Part shown: in pieces, positions 38,940 through 52,137 of the stretch
How positions within the stretch are numbered: position 1 is the first letter of the stretch
How the letters are laid out: each line of letters opens with the position of its first letter
Assembly (NCBI RefSeq): GCF_001194135.2
Contig: NC_068993.1
Span: forward strand, 60,333,894 to 60,397,893
Direction: 5' to 3'
Source: Octopus bimaculoides
Taxonomy: Eukaryota
DNA: 64,000 nucleotides
Program-made: the position numbers and the translations under genes
Notes under the pieces: model-generated
Told to the model about the DNA's origin: nothing
What the model saw: the letters and a program-made list of their open reading frames with translations, nothing else
The model's database searches: none

Positions 38940-39756
38940 CATTCTGTTTATCTTAAAATCACGGATATACAATAGAAAGCTACAAAACTGATGTTCATCT
39001 CAAGAAAGCATCTCATTTAGATGTAGAGAGTTAAAAAGGCAAAGAATAATAATGGTAACAGTGAAAAGCATCCCAGAGTGGAATTGGTAAATCTAAATTT
39101 CAGCACCTTTGAGTGTTATTAACGCATTTGTGCTGAAATTTTTCTAGTGAATGAAATTGCCTGAAAATTCACAGATACCATTATTTTGAGTCGAATAACA
39201 ACTGAAACAAATGTCATTGAAATCTGTTTGATACAGACTGCATACACGTTAAGAACACGTTTCATTCTTTGATACAGTTATCTTCGTGTAGAAGATAACT
39301 GGTGAGCTGGATACCAATTTGAATAGGAGACTGCAAAGCTATGCTGTCTGCTTTGGCTTTTTTTCTACGGCGGGATGCCCTTTCAAATACCAACCACTTT
39401 ACAGAGTGTAGTACGATAGCCACACACACACAAGAAAGCAGTGAAAAAAAGAACACTTGAATTCAAAAAGGTAGAGCAAAAAAAAAAACATGCAATGAAT
39501 TATTTCTGAGGAAATTGTAACGACACAGGGGAGGCAACTTTCTTATGTAAGTAAAAGTTATTTCCCTTGAAGTTGTCGATTATGGAGATTTTGGACATTC
39601 GGCAGAGGCTAACAGAGTTTACCGGAAATAGCTTGTGTGTAAACCTGTCTATAACCACTTTAATCATGATAACATAGTAAACTTAATCTATCATCCAGTT
39701 TATCACAAGCACCTCTTAAGCTGTCTTCAGTACTTCGGTTATATTTAAACAGTATT

Positions 39757-40287
39757 TCCGGGACGCGAAATTTTTTTCCCACGTGAGTTCCAGACCCCGG
39801 TTATGAACTCATTTGCATACAGCCAATCAGAGCGCATAACAAGTGATGGACGATAAGATGAGGTCACTTGGGTAAGGAATGACCATTGCTTCTTTTTCTG
39901 TTAATAATGCTTGTTGTTCTTGTTTTAACCATGGCTGCCTCTGCGTAGTTATTTGTGTTGTTGTTTACTTCGTAATACAGTAAAGGGAGAGAGTTGCTAG
40001 TACATCCCCCTCTACCCACATTTTCCCCATCCACATCTTTACCACATGGGGCCCTAACAAAATCCGATGATAGGTATAGATGCCAATCTATCTAATTAAT
40101 TGTCTCCTAAAATCAGGCATAACTTGGCGATGGGTCGACTTACAACATCGTTCTTCGTCTTGAGTTTACTTGGCAGAGTATGTTTTTTTAACTTGACAAG
40201 GTCGAGGTGAACTCTGATTGGCTGTATGCAAATGAATTCATTGCTGGGGTCCGGAACTTTCGTGGGAAAAAAAAATTTGGCTTCCGG
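39757..40287. mobile_element. MITE-like element with about 75 bp terminal inverted repeats
   Basis: 39757-39832 (ccgggacgcgaaatttttttcccacgtgagttccagacccc..catttgcatacagccaatcagag) is the imperfect reverse complement of 40212-40287. Confidence 0.75.
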
Positions 40288-40612
40288 GGACAGAAGATAA
40301 CTTTCACTTTTCTCTCTTTCTAACTTGACAACGGGAACTGTCCTTTCTCTATTGACTCAGCTATTAAAAATTCAATAAAGTTAATCAGTGTCACCAGCTC
40401 TCAGCTAATCTAATCGATTAAGAATACATTGTAATTAATATAATAAAAACCGGAGAATCTAAGTTTTTGTAGATGGTTAAAATTCGTTTTACATTTCGCA
40501 TCTAAGCATTAACCAACCCGTCGTATTTTAGGCATCCTTTTATAAAATCTACGATTTAAAATTACAAGCTCTTAATTTAAAGAAAAATATAAATAAATAA
40601 ATAAAATAAATA

Positions 40613-40975
40613 GGCGCAGGAGTGGCTGTGTGGTAATTAGCTTGCTTACCAACCACACGGTTCCGGGTTCAGTCCCACTGCGTAACACCTTAGGCAAGCG
40701 TTTTCTACCGTAGCCTTGGGCCGACCAAAGCCTTGTGAGTGGATTTGGCAGACGGAAACTGAAACAAGCCCATCGTATATATGTGTTTGTCACCCCAACA
40801 TCACCTGACAACCGATGCTGGTGTGTTTACGTCCCCGTAACTTAGCGGTTGGGCAAAAGAGAAACCGATAGAATAAGTACTAGGCTTACAAAGAATAAGT
40901 CCTGGGGTCGATTTGCTCGACTAAAGGCGGTGCTCCAGCATGGCCGCAGTCAAATGACTGAAACAAGTAAAAGAG
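40613..40975 (+). mobile_element. SINE family A, near full-length, well preserved
   Basis: ggcgcaggagtggctgtgtggtaa..ggttccgggttcagtcccactgcg..gatagaataagtactaggc..ctccagcatggccgcagtcaaatgactgaaacaagtaaaag; many CpGs retained. Confidence 0.88.
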
Positions 40976-42082
40976 TAAACTTGGAAGATGAACATAATTC
41001 AATCTGCCGTTGAGCAGCGGTTAACCTGGTTTTATTCTGTGCGTATTGTACTCAGTTGGATCATTTCTGAGTGGTTCCTTAGGACGACATATAAATTCAG
41101 TGGATATAGTGACAGACATCGGACGCTCTATTTCTTTATTTAGTGACTGATAGCGGACGTTCGAACCCGAGCTTTGTTTTCTGATGGTTCGTCATGAGAA
41201 TAAGTTGCTAAGAGTTACCTCCCTTGCTGTCAGAAAAAGATAAATTCCTCCCGTTGAGACAATTGAAGAGAGATAGAGAGGAAGGGATGGTGGTGAAGAC
41301 GGAACAAGGGACAGTGCAGAAGGACTTGACTGAGAGGGGGGGCGGATCATTAGGGAAGAAGGGTGCAGAGTTTGGCACGGAATGATGCCACTTAGAGAAC
41401 ACACACTGCCCTCGCAGAAGCTGTAAGATCAGATCTCTGGTTACTGAAACTTCACAGATGTTATTAACACAGGAACAAAAAAAAAAGGGGGGGAAGTGGT
41501 ATGCTACATTTATAGATCTGCCCAACCCACACGTTTATCCCCACCATTACAGATTAAGCCAAATATAGAAGAATAAATAAAACCAATAATAAAATTGGCA
41601 ACTACGTTCAGACATACCCCCAGAAAGCAAATACAGAAAACCATGCCTTGAAGACCCCCAGCACACATTGGGAAGGGCTGGATACCTCAACCACTTAGCC
41701 ATGCCTCACCCTCACCAAAAGGTCACATCGTATTTTAATGCACAAAATCTCTGTTCCTGAATATGTGCAGCTGAAACTGGAATGCATTGAATATACCAGG
41801 GATTTGTTATGTCATCAAATATGGGATATTTATAAAAAAACCAAAAACATTTGCACATAAATTCATAAAAAAATAATAAAAAAATAAGGGAGGAAAATGG
41901 AAGCAATCAACATCATCATCATCACCACCACCACCATCAGTAGCAGCAGTCAGAGCATTGCGGAAAGGAGGAAGAGAGGTGTGGGGAAGGAATTTGAAAG
42001 AAGAGCAATTTCAAATCATTAAATTATTTAAGAGGATAGAGAGAAGAAAAGAAAAGAAGAGAGAAGAATATGAAGATGTTAC

Positions 42083-42178
42083 CTTTGATTATACCGGCAT
42101 TGTTTTGTTTGAGTATAACCTCTGAACCAAGCTCATTGTACCATGTTCCTTCTAGTTTACACGGCGGTGTGGCTGGTT
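42083..42178 (-). CDS. Avidin-family gene, exon D (domain 2 N-terminal part)
   Basis: cttgtatttcAG|AA CCA...AAA G|GTAAC, 96 nt; EPATPPCKLEGTWYNELGSEVILKQNNAGIIK matches avidin CSLTGKWTNDLGSNMTI. Confidence 0.92.
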
Positions 42179-42429
42179 CTGAAATACAAGAACACAAGAG
42201 TTGATATGAATTTCTTAAACTGTAGGCTTTGATAATCCCACAGAGAAGTCTAGTCAATGTTTTCTTCAATTCAAATATTTGGGTGGTGGCAATGGAACTA
42301 CTGGAGAACACTTTCATTCTCAACAACCTTTTGAGTATGAATGGGGTTTCTTTTTAGAACCAAAGATGAATGGTAAGAGCAGTTACAGGAAATTCTACCG
42401 TAAACATTTTTGCCATAGGAAAATTCCCC

Positions 42430-42705
42430 GTCAAAAAATATATTCACTACCAAAAAATATATTTACCATCAAAAAATATATTCTCCATCAAAAAATGTAA
42501 TCAGTCAAAAAATATATTTACCATAAAAAAATATATTCTCTGTCAAAAAATATATTCACCGTCAAAAAATATATTTACCATCAAAAAGTATATTCTGTCA
42601 AAAAATATATTTACCATCAAAAAATATATTCACCATCAAAAAATATATTTACCATAAAAAAATATATTCTCCTTCAAAAAATATATTTACCGTCAAAAAA
42701 TATAA
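42430..42705. repeat. Intronic minisatellite, about 19-20 bp unit AAAAAATATATT(T/C)ACCATC
   Basis: More than 10 visible tandem units. Confidence 0.9.
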
Positions 42706-44104
42706 AAGAAAAAAAAGATTAGCCGTTTTCTTAAAATGGCAACTTCANNNNNNNNNNNNNNNNNNNNNNNNNNNNNNNNNNNNNNNNNNNNNNNNNNNNN
42801 NNNNNNNNNNNNNNNNNNNNNNNNNNNNNNNNNNNNNNNNNNNNNNNNNNNNNNNNNNNNNNNNNNNNNNNNNNNNNNNNNNNNNNNNNNNNNNNNNNNN
42901 NNNNNNNNNNNNNNNNNNNNNNNNNNNNNNNNNNNNNNNNNNNNNNNNNNNNNNNNNNNNNNNNNNNNNNNNNNNNNNNNNNNNNNNNNNNNNNNNNNNN
43001 NNNNNNNNNNNNNNNNNNNNNNNNNNNNNNNNNNNNNNNNNNNNNNNNNNNNNNNNNNNNNNNNNNNNNNNNNNNNNNNNNNNNNNNNNNNNNNNNNNNN
43101 NNNNNNNNNNNNNNNNNNNNNNNNNNNNNNNNNNNNNNNNNNNNNNNNNNNNNNNNNNNNNNNNNNNNNNNNNNNNNNNNNNNNNNNNNNNNNNNNNNNN
43201 NNNNNNNNNNNNNNNNNNNNNNNNNNNNNNNNNNNNNNNNNNNNNNNNNNNNNNNNNNNNNNNNNNNNNNNNNNNNNNNNNNNNNNNNNNNNNNNNNNNN
43301 NNNNNNNNNNNNNNNNNNNNNNNNNNNNNNNNNNNNNNNNNNNNNNNNNNNNNNNNNNNNNNNNNNNNNNNNNNNNNNNNNNNNNNNNNNNNNNNNNNNN
43401 NNNNNNNNNNNNNNNNNNNNNNNNNNNNNNNNNNNNNNNNNNNNNNNNNNNNNNNNNNNNNNNNNNNNNNNNNNNNNNNNNNNNNNNNNNNNNNNNNNNN
43501 NNNNNNNNNNNNNNNNNNNNNNNNNNNNNNNNNNNNNNNNNNNNNNNNNNNNNNNNNNNNNNNNNNNNNNNNNNNNNNNNNNNNNNNNNNNNNNNNNNNN
43601 NNNNNNNGCGAATTTCCTATAGAATCCATGTGAGTCATGCTTCTTCCATCGGGTGTCAGTGCTCTCCTGCAGCAGTGGTTCCCATGATTCTGCAACAAGA
43701 ACCAGGTTATTCTGCATAGAGAAACTGACATCACAGAAATATCGTTTTTTTTTTTTTTTTTTTTAAAAACAATTCAAATAAACTTTTTTTTTTTTTTAAG
43801 AATTTCAGATCAGAGTTGGGGGTTAAATATTAGAAATGAAAAAAGAAAAGAAACAATTATATACAACAGGCTTCATTCAGTTTCCATCAACCAAATCCAC
43901 TCACAAGGTTTTGGTCAGCCTGAGGCTACAGAAGAGGGCATCTGCCCAAGGTGTTGTGCAATGACACTGAACCGAAGACCCCATGGTTGTGAAGCAAGTT
44001 TCGCAACCACATAACACGTGCCTATATTTTCCCAGCTAAAAGCTGATTGCTAAAGATTTCAAAGAGGTCCAGTATTACCAATGAGTTTGAGATGGTGTGT
44101 GTGT

Positions 44105-44265
44105 GTGTATTATATAGATAGATAGATAGGTTGATAGGTAGAATGACAGACAGACAAACAGGTAGATAGGTAGGTAGGTTGATAGGAAGAATGATAGACA
44201 GACAGATAGATAGGAAGAATGATAGACAGACAGATAGATAGACAGACAGACAGGTAGGTTGATAG
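44105..44265. repeat. (GATA/GACA/GGTA)n tetranucleotide repeat
   Basis: Direct inspection. Confidence 0.9.
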
Positions 44266-44662
44266 ATACCACCTCAAAAGCACCCAGTACACTCTGTAAA
44301 ATGGTAGCTGGGATTAGGAAGAGCATCCAGCTGTAGAAGCCATACCAAAGCAGACAATGGAACTTGGTATAGTACTATGACTGAGCAGTTCCTGTCAGAC
44401 CATCTGATCCAAATGGTTTTATATGTGTACAAGTGTGTGCATGGGTGTGTGTTTGTATATATATATACATACACGCAGTCAAAAGTGATTAAGCTTACTA
44501 CAAATGCAACTCTGTAACCTGTTGCTGATGCTACACACATCCAAAACTCCAACATTACATTATTGCAAAAATACAAATTTGAAAAGCACATATTGAAAAA
44601 GAATTGCTCAATCATGTGGCCATATTGAAAAACAAAAACAAAAACAAAAAATGAGCATTATC

Positions 44663-45066
44663 TTTTATTCTTTAACTTGTTTCAGTCTTTAGGCTGCGGC
44701 CATACTGGAGCACAGCCTTGAAGAATTTTCAGTTGAATGAATCAACCCAATTGCTTACTTTTTAAACCTGCTGATTATTTTATCAGTTTCCTTTTGCCAA
44801 ATTGCTAAGCTATGGAAATGTAAACACACTAACACCAGTTGTCAAGCAGTGGGGTAGGGGACAAACAGACACACACACATGCACCCCCCCTCCACATACG
44901 GACAACAGACTTCTTTCAGTTTCCTTCTATCAAACCCACTCACAAGAATTTGGTCGGCCTGAGGCTACAGTAGAAGACACTTGGCCAAGATGCCATGCAG
45001 TGGGACTGAACCCAGAACCATGTGGTTGGGGAGCAAGCTACTTATCACACAGCCGTGCTTGCACCT
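44663..45066 (-). mobile_element. SINE family A, full-length diverged
   Basis: Reverse complement collinear with 40613-40975. Confidence 0.82.
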
Positions 45067-45605
45067 ATTATGGCATGGAAACTGAAATTTCCTGAAATTT
45101 ATGCATTTCCTAATAATAATAATATCAGGTATCTTTGTGTAAATCTTTACTAGATTTGGTTAAGCCAAAGCCAACGTTAATCCCATTAAATTCTCTATCA
45201 AAAGGTTTTCCAACCATAACCAACTTAGACATAATATATCTTGGACTACATGATGGAATATGTCCTGACATTTAAGATAGCAGAATGTGAATTGTGAGAG
45301 ATTTGGCTGCTATTTCTAGCATATCAAACAGTTGTGCAAAGACTCCCTTATTAGTCTCTAAAGTAACCTGTTGTTGATGATGATGATGGTGTTACTGTTG
45401 TATAGTTTGAGATCAGATCTGTTTGCAATGATATTCCTGCTTTTTTTAAAAAAATATTTTTCAAGACATTATCAAAAGTGTCCTTCATATTTTGATATAG
45501 CATTGTGTAGTTTGAGGGTGACTTTGATATTATTTCTAGCTTCCACTGAAGGACTGACTTGATAGGTTCCGTAATGAAGATGGCGTTGTTTTAGAAGAGA
45601 CTTAC

Positions 45606-45666
45606 CTGGTAAATTTGACAGTTTCACTAATGGTTTCATAGATTTGTCACTTGAAGAAGTATAATT
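45606..45666 (-). CDS. Avidin-family gene, exon C (inter-domain linker)
   Basis: ttttcttgtAG|AAT TAT...CCA G|GTAAGT, 61 nt, phase 0 to 1, exactly bridging exon B (phase 0 end) to exon D (phase 1 start); NYTSSSDKSMKPLVKLSNLP. Confidence 0.8.
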
Positions 45667-45782
45667 CTACAAGAAAATAAAATACACTTTAGTATATGTG
45701 TGTATATTTGTGATTATATATGTGTGTCAGAATGTAACGGCAGACGAAATACTGCTAAGCATTTCGCCCAGCATGCTAATGT

Positions 45783-46009
45783 TTCTTATTTCTTTATTGC
45801 CCACAAAGGGGCTAAACATAGAGGGGACAAACAAATAGATTAAGTCGATTACATTGACCCCAGTGCGTAACTGGTACTTAATTTATCGATCCCGAAAGGA
45901 CGAAAGGCAAAGTCGACCTCGGCGGAATTTGAACTCAGAACGTAACGGCAGACGAAATACCGCTAAGCATTTCGTCTGGCGTGCTAACGATTCTGCCAGT
46001 TCACCACCT
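45783..46009 (-). mobile_element. SINE family B, full-length with tail
   Basis: Reverse complement of ggtggtgaactggcagaatcgttagcacgccagacgaaatgcttagcgg..gttctgagttcaaattccgccgagg..tgggcaataaagaaataag; partial head duplicate at about 45728-45782. Confidence 0.88.
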
Positions 46010-46120
46010 TTATATAATAATAACAACAACAACAGTAATATATATGTCAGCTCCATAAAATGATTATAGAAAAAAGCTGAAAATAAAAAACAGAGGCAAA
46101 AGACTGTTGTTTATACATAC

Positions 46121-46305
46121 TGCTGGTCGTTCTGGGACGTGTGTATTTTTTTCTTTTCGAGGACCAGGTTTCTGTTCATAACGTGTGAAAATGTCACGGC
46201 CTATTGTGTCTGATTTCCATTTATCATCACAGCTACTTGCCTGAGAGTGTAACAGCCAGGTGGTCAAAAGTTTCTCGTGCCCTCCGAGGCACACAACACA
46301 TTGAC
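46121..46305 (-). CDS. Avidin-family gene, exon B (domain 1 C-terminal part and linker start)
   Basis: gtgttccAG|GT CAA TGT...GCA|GTATGT, 185 nt; GQCVVCLGGHEKLLTTWLLHSQASSCDDKWKSDTIGRDIFTRYEQKPGPRKEKNTHVPERPA. Confidence 0.92.
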
Positions 46306-49300
46306 CTGGAACACAAACAGAATCAGAGGCACATGTGTATAGAAGAAGGACAGATATGAATACATACATCTATGTATGTGTGTGTATAAACATTCCTATA
46401 TATATATATATATATAAAAAGACATATACATATACACAAAAAATACACACATATATATACAAATATAAATATATACTTATGTACATACATATACATATAT
46501 ACATATGAATACATATATATACATACTATATTGTACATAAATGTAAATATATATATTATACACACACATAGATATGTACATACATATACATACACATTAT
46601 ACATATACACACACACATATTTTTATGATTTCATTTAGACATAGCAATATTAATAACAAGCTGTCAGAACTCAAAATAGATCTGCTGCAGAATAAAACAT
46701 GAGGCAAGTACAGAGCATTATGGGAAATAATTAATGAACAACAAGGGAACAATAATCAAGTAATCAACTTCATTAGCTTACTGCTGTTACTGCTATGACA
46801 CACAACTACTCTGCTCTGCATACACTGTATCTTCCTCCCCTTTTTCTCCCTCTACCACTCTTTCTCCTTACCCCTCGCTGGTCACATGTGTCCGGCTACT
46901 ACTTCCTTTCTTACCTCGGTCATCGCCAAGCTCGCATGAACTATTTTTCGTCTCTCTTCCTTCCAGTTTGTTGCTTCACAGCGTTCAGTATACACATATC
47001 TTTTTCACGTCTGGCCGTATAACCTTTATTCCTTATTTTCACTGTTTCGTTTTCCTGTCTTGTTTTCTGTCCACCACTACATTCCTCCACGGTACAAATT
47101 TAATTTNNNNNNNNNNNNNNNNNNNNNNNNNNNNNNNNNNNNNNNNNNNNNNNNNNNNNNNNNNNNNNNNNNNNNNNNNNNNNNNNNNNNNNNNNNNNNN
47201 NNNNNNNNNNNNNNNNNNNNNNNNNNNNNNNNNNNNNNNNNNNNNNNNNNNNNNNNNNNNNNNNNNNNNNNNNNNNNNNNNNNNNNNNNNNNNNNNNNNN
47301 NNNNNNNNNNNNNNNNNNNNNNNNNNNNTACCCAGATATGCATCTATATATACATGTAGATGTAGGTATGTACATACATGTACATATATATGCATATCCT
47401 CATATATTATTTGTTTTACATGATCGAACGCACGCGTCATCCTTGCAAGTAAGTTTCAACTTTATATATATATACATACGATGGGCTTTTTTCAGTGTTT
47501 CCGTCTACCAAATCCACTCACAAGGCTTCGGTTGGCTTGAGGCTATAGTAGAAGACACTTGCTCAAGGTGTCACACAGTGGGACTGAACCAGGAACCATG
47601 TGGTTGGTAAGAAAGCTACTTACCACACAGCCACTCTCATATTGGATATTCTCAAACAGCCCCAGGGTGCACCCAAGAAGCTATTTCCATGTTCACTATC
47701 CAAAACAAGCAAAATGTTTCCAAGAACGTTCATAGATGCTGACGAAGTCAAGTTGCGTCTGATCATATGCAGAACCACAAGAATACCATTCCATTGGTCA
47801 GAATGGATAGAAGCAGCCCAGATCAATTCAGGCGAAACGAAAGGCAGGATGACCTTACGCCAAGAAGTGTTTATGTCATTCTGCAGACCACGTTTTTGTT
47901 GATCGTTTTACTACAAATCTATTGAACGACAATGAAGTCATTAAAAATACACACAAGCGTGTGTGTTAATTCAGGTGTTGTTTCAAACCTGGTTATCTGT
48001 TAAATATAGAAATTAATTTTTATTTGATTAATAAAAACATAAAAAAAAAGAACGATAAAGGTTGAGGGAGATTTAGTTTGGATATTTGAATGAATAGATT
48101 TAGAACGACGGAAAATGGGAGAGAGGGAGGAAGAGGGGGAAGATCTTGATGTAAGGGAGGCAACTGGGATTTGACAAATTCTTACAGATTTATGCCAATG
48201 CTTACACACACGCATTTATGCAAAGATGAACGTTTNNNNNNNNNNNNNNNNNNNNNNNNNNNNNNNNNNNNNNNNNNNNNNNNNNNNNNNNNNNNNNNNN
48301 NNNNNNNNNNNNNNNNNNNNNNNNNNNNNNNNNNNNNNNNNNNNNNNNNNNNNNNNNNNNNNNNNNNNNNNNNNNNNNNNNNNNNNNNNNNNNNNNNNNN
48401 NNNNNNNNNNNNNNNNNNNNNNNNNNNNNNNNNNNNNNNNNNNNNNNNNNNNNNNNNNNNNNNNNNNNNNNNNNNNNNNNNNNNNNNNNNNNNNNNNNNN
48501 NNNNNNNNNNNNNNNNNNNNNNNNNNNNNNNNNNNNNATACACACACATATGCATACATAAATATATATATATCTATACACACACACACACACATATACA
48601 CATATACACACACACATATATAGATACCCCCACACACACACGCACACACACACACATATACACATATACACACATACCCCCACACACACACGCACACACA
48701 CACACACACATATATACTCCTGTAGCTGAGGGTTCTGTTTATCCTATTTGTTCCACCAAATCTATAACATATGTATTTACAAGTTCTCTTAAAATATAGA
48801 ATTTATATAGAGTTTATGATCTGATACTCTTAGAACCGAAACAGAATTCAATCCTTGGAACTCAACTAAAAAATCTACAAAATATACACTACAAGTATGT
48901 ATATCTAATATTTGTGTTTTTTGCTTTCAGTTTTTTTTTTTTTTTGGTGGGGGGGTGTATATTTATTTTCTAAATTATTAGAACTCTTCTTACAAGGAAG
49001 GATCTGGAATAAAATACCACTGCTTAAAATTGGATAACAACAAGTGTTATGCAATGAACTTTAGAAAAAATCTTGCATATTTTTATTGTTCCACTTATTG
49101 TATTGGTAAAGAGTGAATATACCAATCACTTTGTTTGTAAACATTCTAGTTTTCCCAGATTGTTAATTATACATTTACTATCAAAGACTGGTTCGCTATT
49201 ATTGGGGCTCTTTTAACAAAGATATTGTTTCTCTTCATTCCCCAGAACACAATTTGTGGGTTAGAAGCCAGCATTTGCTTAATGTTGGCCTCTTTTCTCT

Positions 49301-51458
49301 TAATACGGTTTTTCACTTTGGCTCTTGAGGTCATGCTTCAAAGTAATTAATTTTCTCTGGAGATTACAAGTACAATCTCCAAACACATTTGCTAATTTTC
49401 CCATGGCATCTTGGTGTATCATCATCTTCATCACTTAACATCCATTGTCCATGTTGGCATGGGTTGATTTACTGTGAACTTATTAACCTCTTTACACATG
49501 TTTTTTGGTGTTATTCAACTTTTTATGCTTATCACTGGTGCTGTTACCCACATGGGTCGTTTATGTTGATTTGTTTTATTTCCACCTGTCCAACAAATAT
49601 CTCTTGATGTTCCTTCAGAGTGACAGCAGCCATTTACAGTTAGATATTAATATTCCAATACGTGTTATCAAACTTTCTGATAGAGTCACCAGCAATATCA
49701 TCAATAACTTTTATCATTTAAATGATTGCTTTCTTTCCAATACCTTCATGACAAAAGACGCCTTATTATTTGATGATAGCTTAAAGAAACTGAAAATGTA
49801 GTTTCCAAGCTATCATTTAAAAATGTTTCCCAGGTGTAAATATACTCCACAGCTATTTCCATCTAATAAGTGTAAAAGAGTAATCTGAAGTTAAACAACA
49901 AAACATGTTCTGACACATTGCTTGTGCCAAAATTCCAAACCCTATGTGTATACAGAATGAGGGCAAGAACCAGAGGTCTAACCATTTACATAGATCTGTT
50001 GCTATATGTATAAATATTCTTTCTACTATAGGTTTGGAATTTTGCAGGAAGGGGTTAGTTAATTACATCAACCCCAGCGCTCCACAATGAGCAAAGTAAT
50101 CCTGGTGGAATTTGAGCTCAAAACATTGAAGAAGAAATCTCTCGTAAGAGTGTCATGTAGATCTCACCTTCAGAATCTCCTCTCTTTTACACTTCAATTA
50201 GTCCATTGTCAGGAATCATTATTATCATACAAAATATTGTCTGAATTTCATTCATTAAAGAATAACTTGTTAATCAGTTAATTAGAGAACTGTTAAAAAA
50301 AAACATTACACACGTCTGTTTAGAGGTATTGTCATCAAGACATTGAGGTGTTTTAGTACAATGATAAATGAGTTTCCATTTACCTATACAGGTGTATCAA
50401 CCTACACACATTCATATGCTGGGTGTGTGTGTGTGTGTGTGTGTGTAACAGCTACAGTCTCTTCAATAAGGTTAAAACTGTAACAAAGAAACTAGACCGT
50501 CTTCAACAGATTCACCTTTTTAATTATTTCTTATTGAATGTGATGGAATTCCAAGCAATAAACTACCGTATTCTTTATACTTGCTACTTCTTGTGACAGT
50601 GAAGACTTTTATTTATTTATTTTTCATAACTTTTTTTTTTCTTATTAAACCATTCTCTTCAATAATTTAATGGAACGAAACTGCCATATTCATCTGTAAA
50701 AAAAAACAACAAAACAAAACAAACAATGAAAACCACTTCTACTCACAGTAATACAATTTGGCAGAACAGTTTGGATTTTTGTATTATATTTTCTTTTTTT
50801 TAATTTTTTCTAAAGCAATTCAATTCACCAAAGTTCTCTAATTCAAGGGAACAAAACCAACATATTCTAGGAATTGTTTAAGTATTTTCTATTCCTCCTA
50901 CCAATTTAAAGAACAACATTCAATAACATGTTGTTTTTTTTATTTTTGTTTTTGCAATTAACTCCACTTCAGTACAATTGGAAGAACAGGGCCCATTATT
51001 ATTCATCAACAATTGTTTTAAAATTCATTCCACTCTCTGCTGCATTATAACCAGCATAATCATCATTTTTTTCTCCTTTTTTTACAAAGAAATATACCAG
51101 CATAATGAGGAGAATGATTAAATCCCTGTTAATTATATTTACGAATCATTTAAAATTAAAACCTTTTTTTTGCACCTTAATAGGGACAGTTCATCGAAAT
51201 GAAATGGCAATAAGCTCAAATTCCATAAAGTACACTTCGCTATTTACCGTTGCAAGGTCTTTAAAATAAATACCAATAACTACAGGTGCCAGCATGCTGA
51301 TGCTAAAAGCAGCAACAACAGAGGAGTGACCCAAAGCAAACATTGAGGGGGTTGATGGTTCTGGAGAGGGGTTCAAGGCCTGACTGATAAGTCGGTGGTT
51401 TGGTTGGGAGTTTGCTTTGTGTGAATGGGTAACTAAACGGAAACTAATTAACAAATAC

Positions 51459-51712
51459 ATGGCACGTAAAAGACACCATTTTGAGCGTGGCCGTTGCCAG
51501 TACCTTCTGACTGGTCTTCGTGCAGGTGACACGTAAAAGCACCCACTACACTCTCGGAGTGGTTGGCGTTAGGAAGGGCATCCAGCTGTAGAAACTCTGC
51601 CAGATCAGATTGGTGCCTGGTGCAGCCATCCGGTTCACCAGTCCTCAGTCAAATCGTCCAACCCATGCTAGCTGGAAAGTGGACGTTAAACGATGATGAT
51701 GATGATGATGAT
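51459..51712 (+). mobile_element. SINE family C (RTE-like tail ending in (GAT)n)
   Basis: ggcacgtaaaagacaccatt..ttaggaagggcatccagctgtagaaactctgcc..cggacgttaaacgatgatgat. Confidence 0.85.
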
Positions 51713-51755
51713 AACACCTCGGGGTCTTGATGTCTGTAACTCTAAACACACAGAT

Positions 51756-52137
51756 TTTATCTTTCACTTGTTTCAGACATTAGATTGCAGCCATACTGGG
51801 GCATGGCTTCGAATCTTTTAGTCAAATGAGTTGACCCCTAGTACTAAACCTGATACTTACTGTTATTAGTCTCTTTTTGCTGAAATGCTAAGTTATAGGG
51901 ACATAAACACACCAACACCGGTTGCCATGCAATGACAAAGGAACACACACACATAGATATGTAAATACATATACAATGGGCTTCTTTTAGTTTCTGTCAA
52001 CCAAATCCACTCACAAGGCTTTGGTTGACCCGAGGCTATATTAGAAGACACTAGACAAAGGCGCCACACAGTGGGACTGAACCCAGAACCATGTAGCTGG
52101 GAAGAAAGCTTCTTCCCACACAGCCACACCTTCATCT
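51756..52137 (-). mobile_element. SINE family A, full-length diverged
   Basis: Reverse complement collinear with 40613-40975. Confidence 0.8.

Noticed and set aside
41192-41450. Possible Penelope ORF remnant on minus
   Set aside because: Only vague similarity, with no diagnostic RT or GIY-YIG motif.
47640-47900. ORF-like fragment, possible LINE endonuclease remnant (SDH motif)
   Set aside because: Too short and interrupted to assign.
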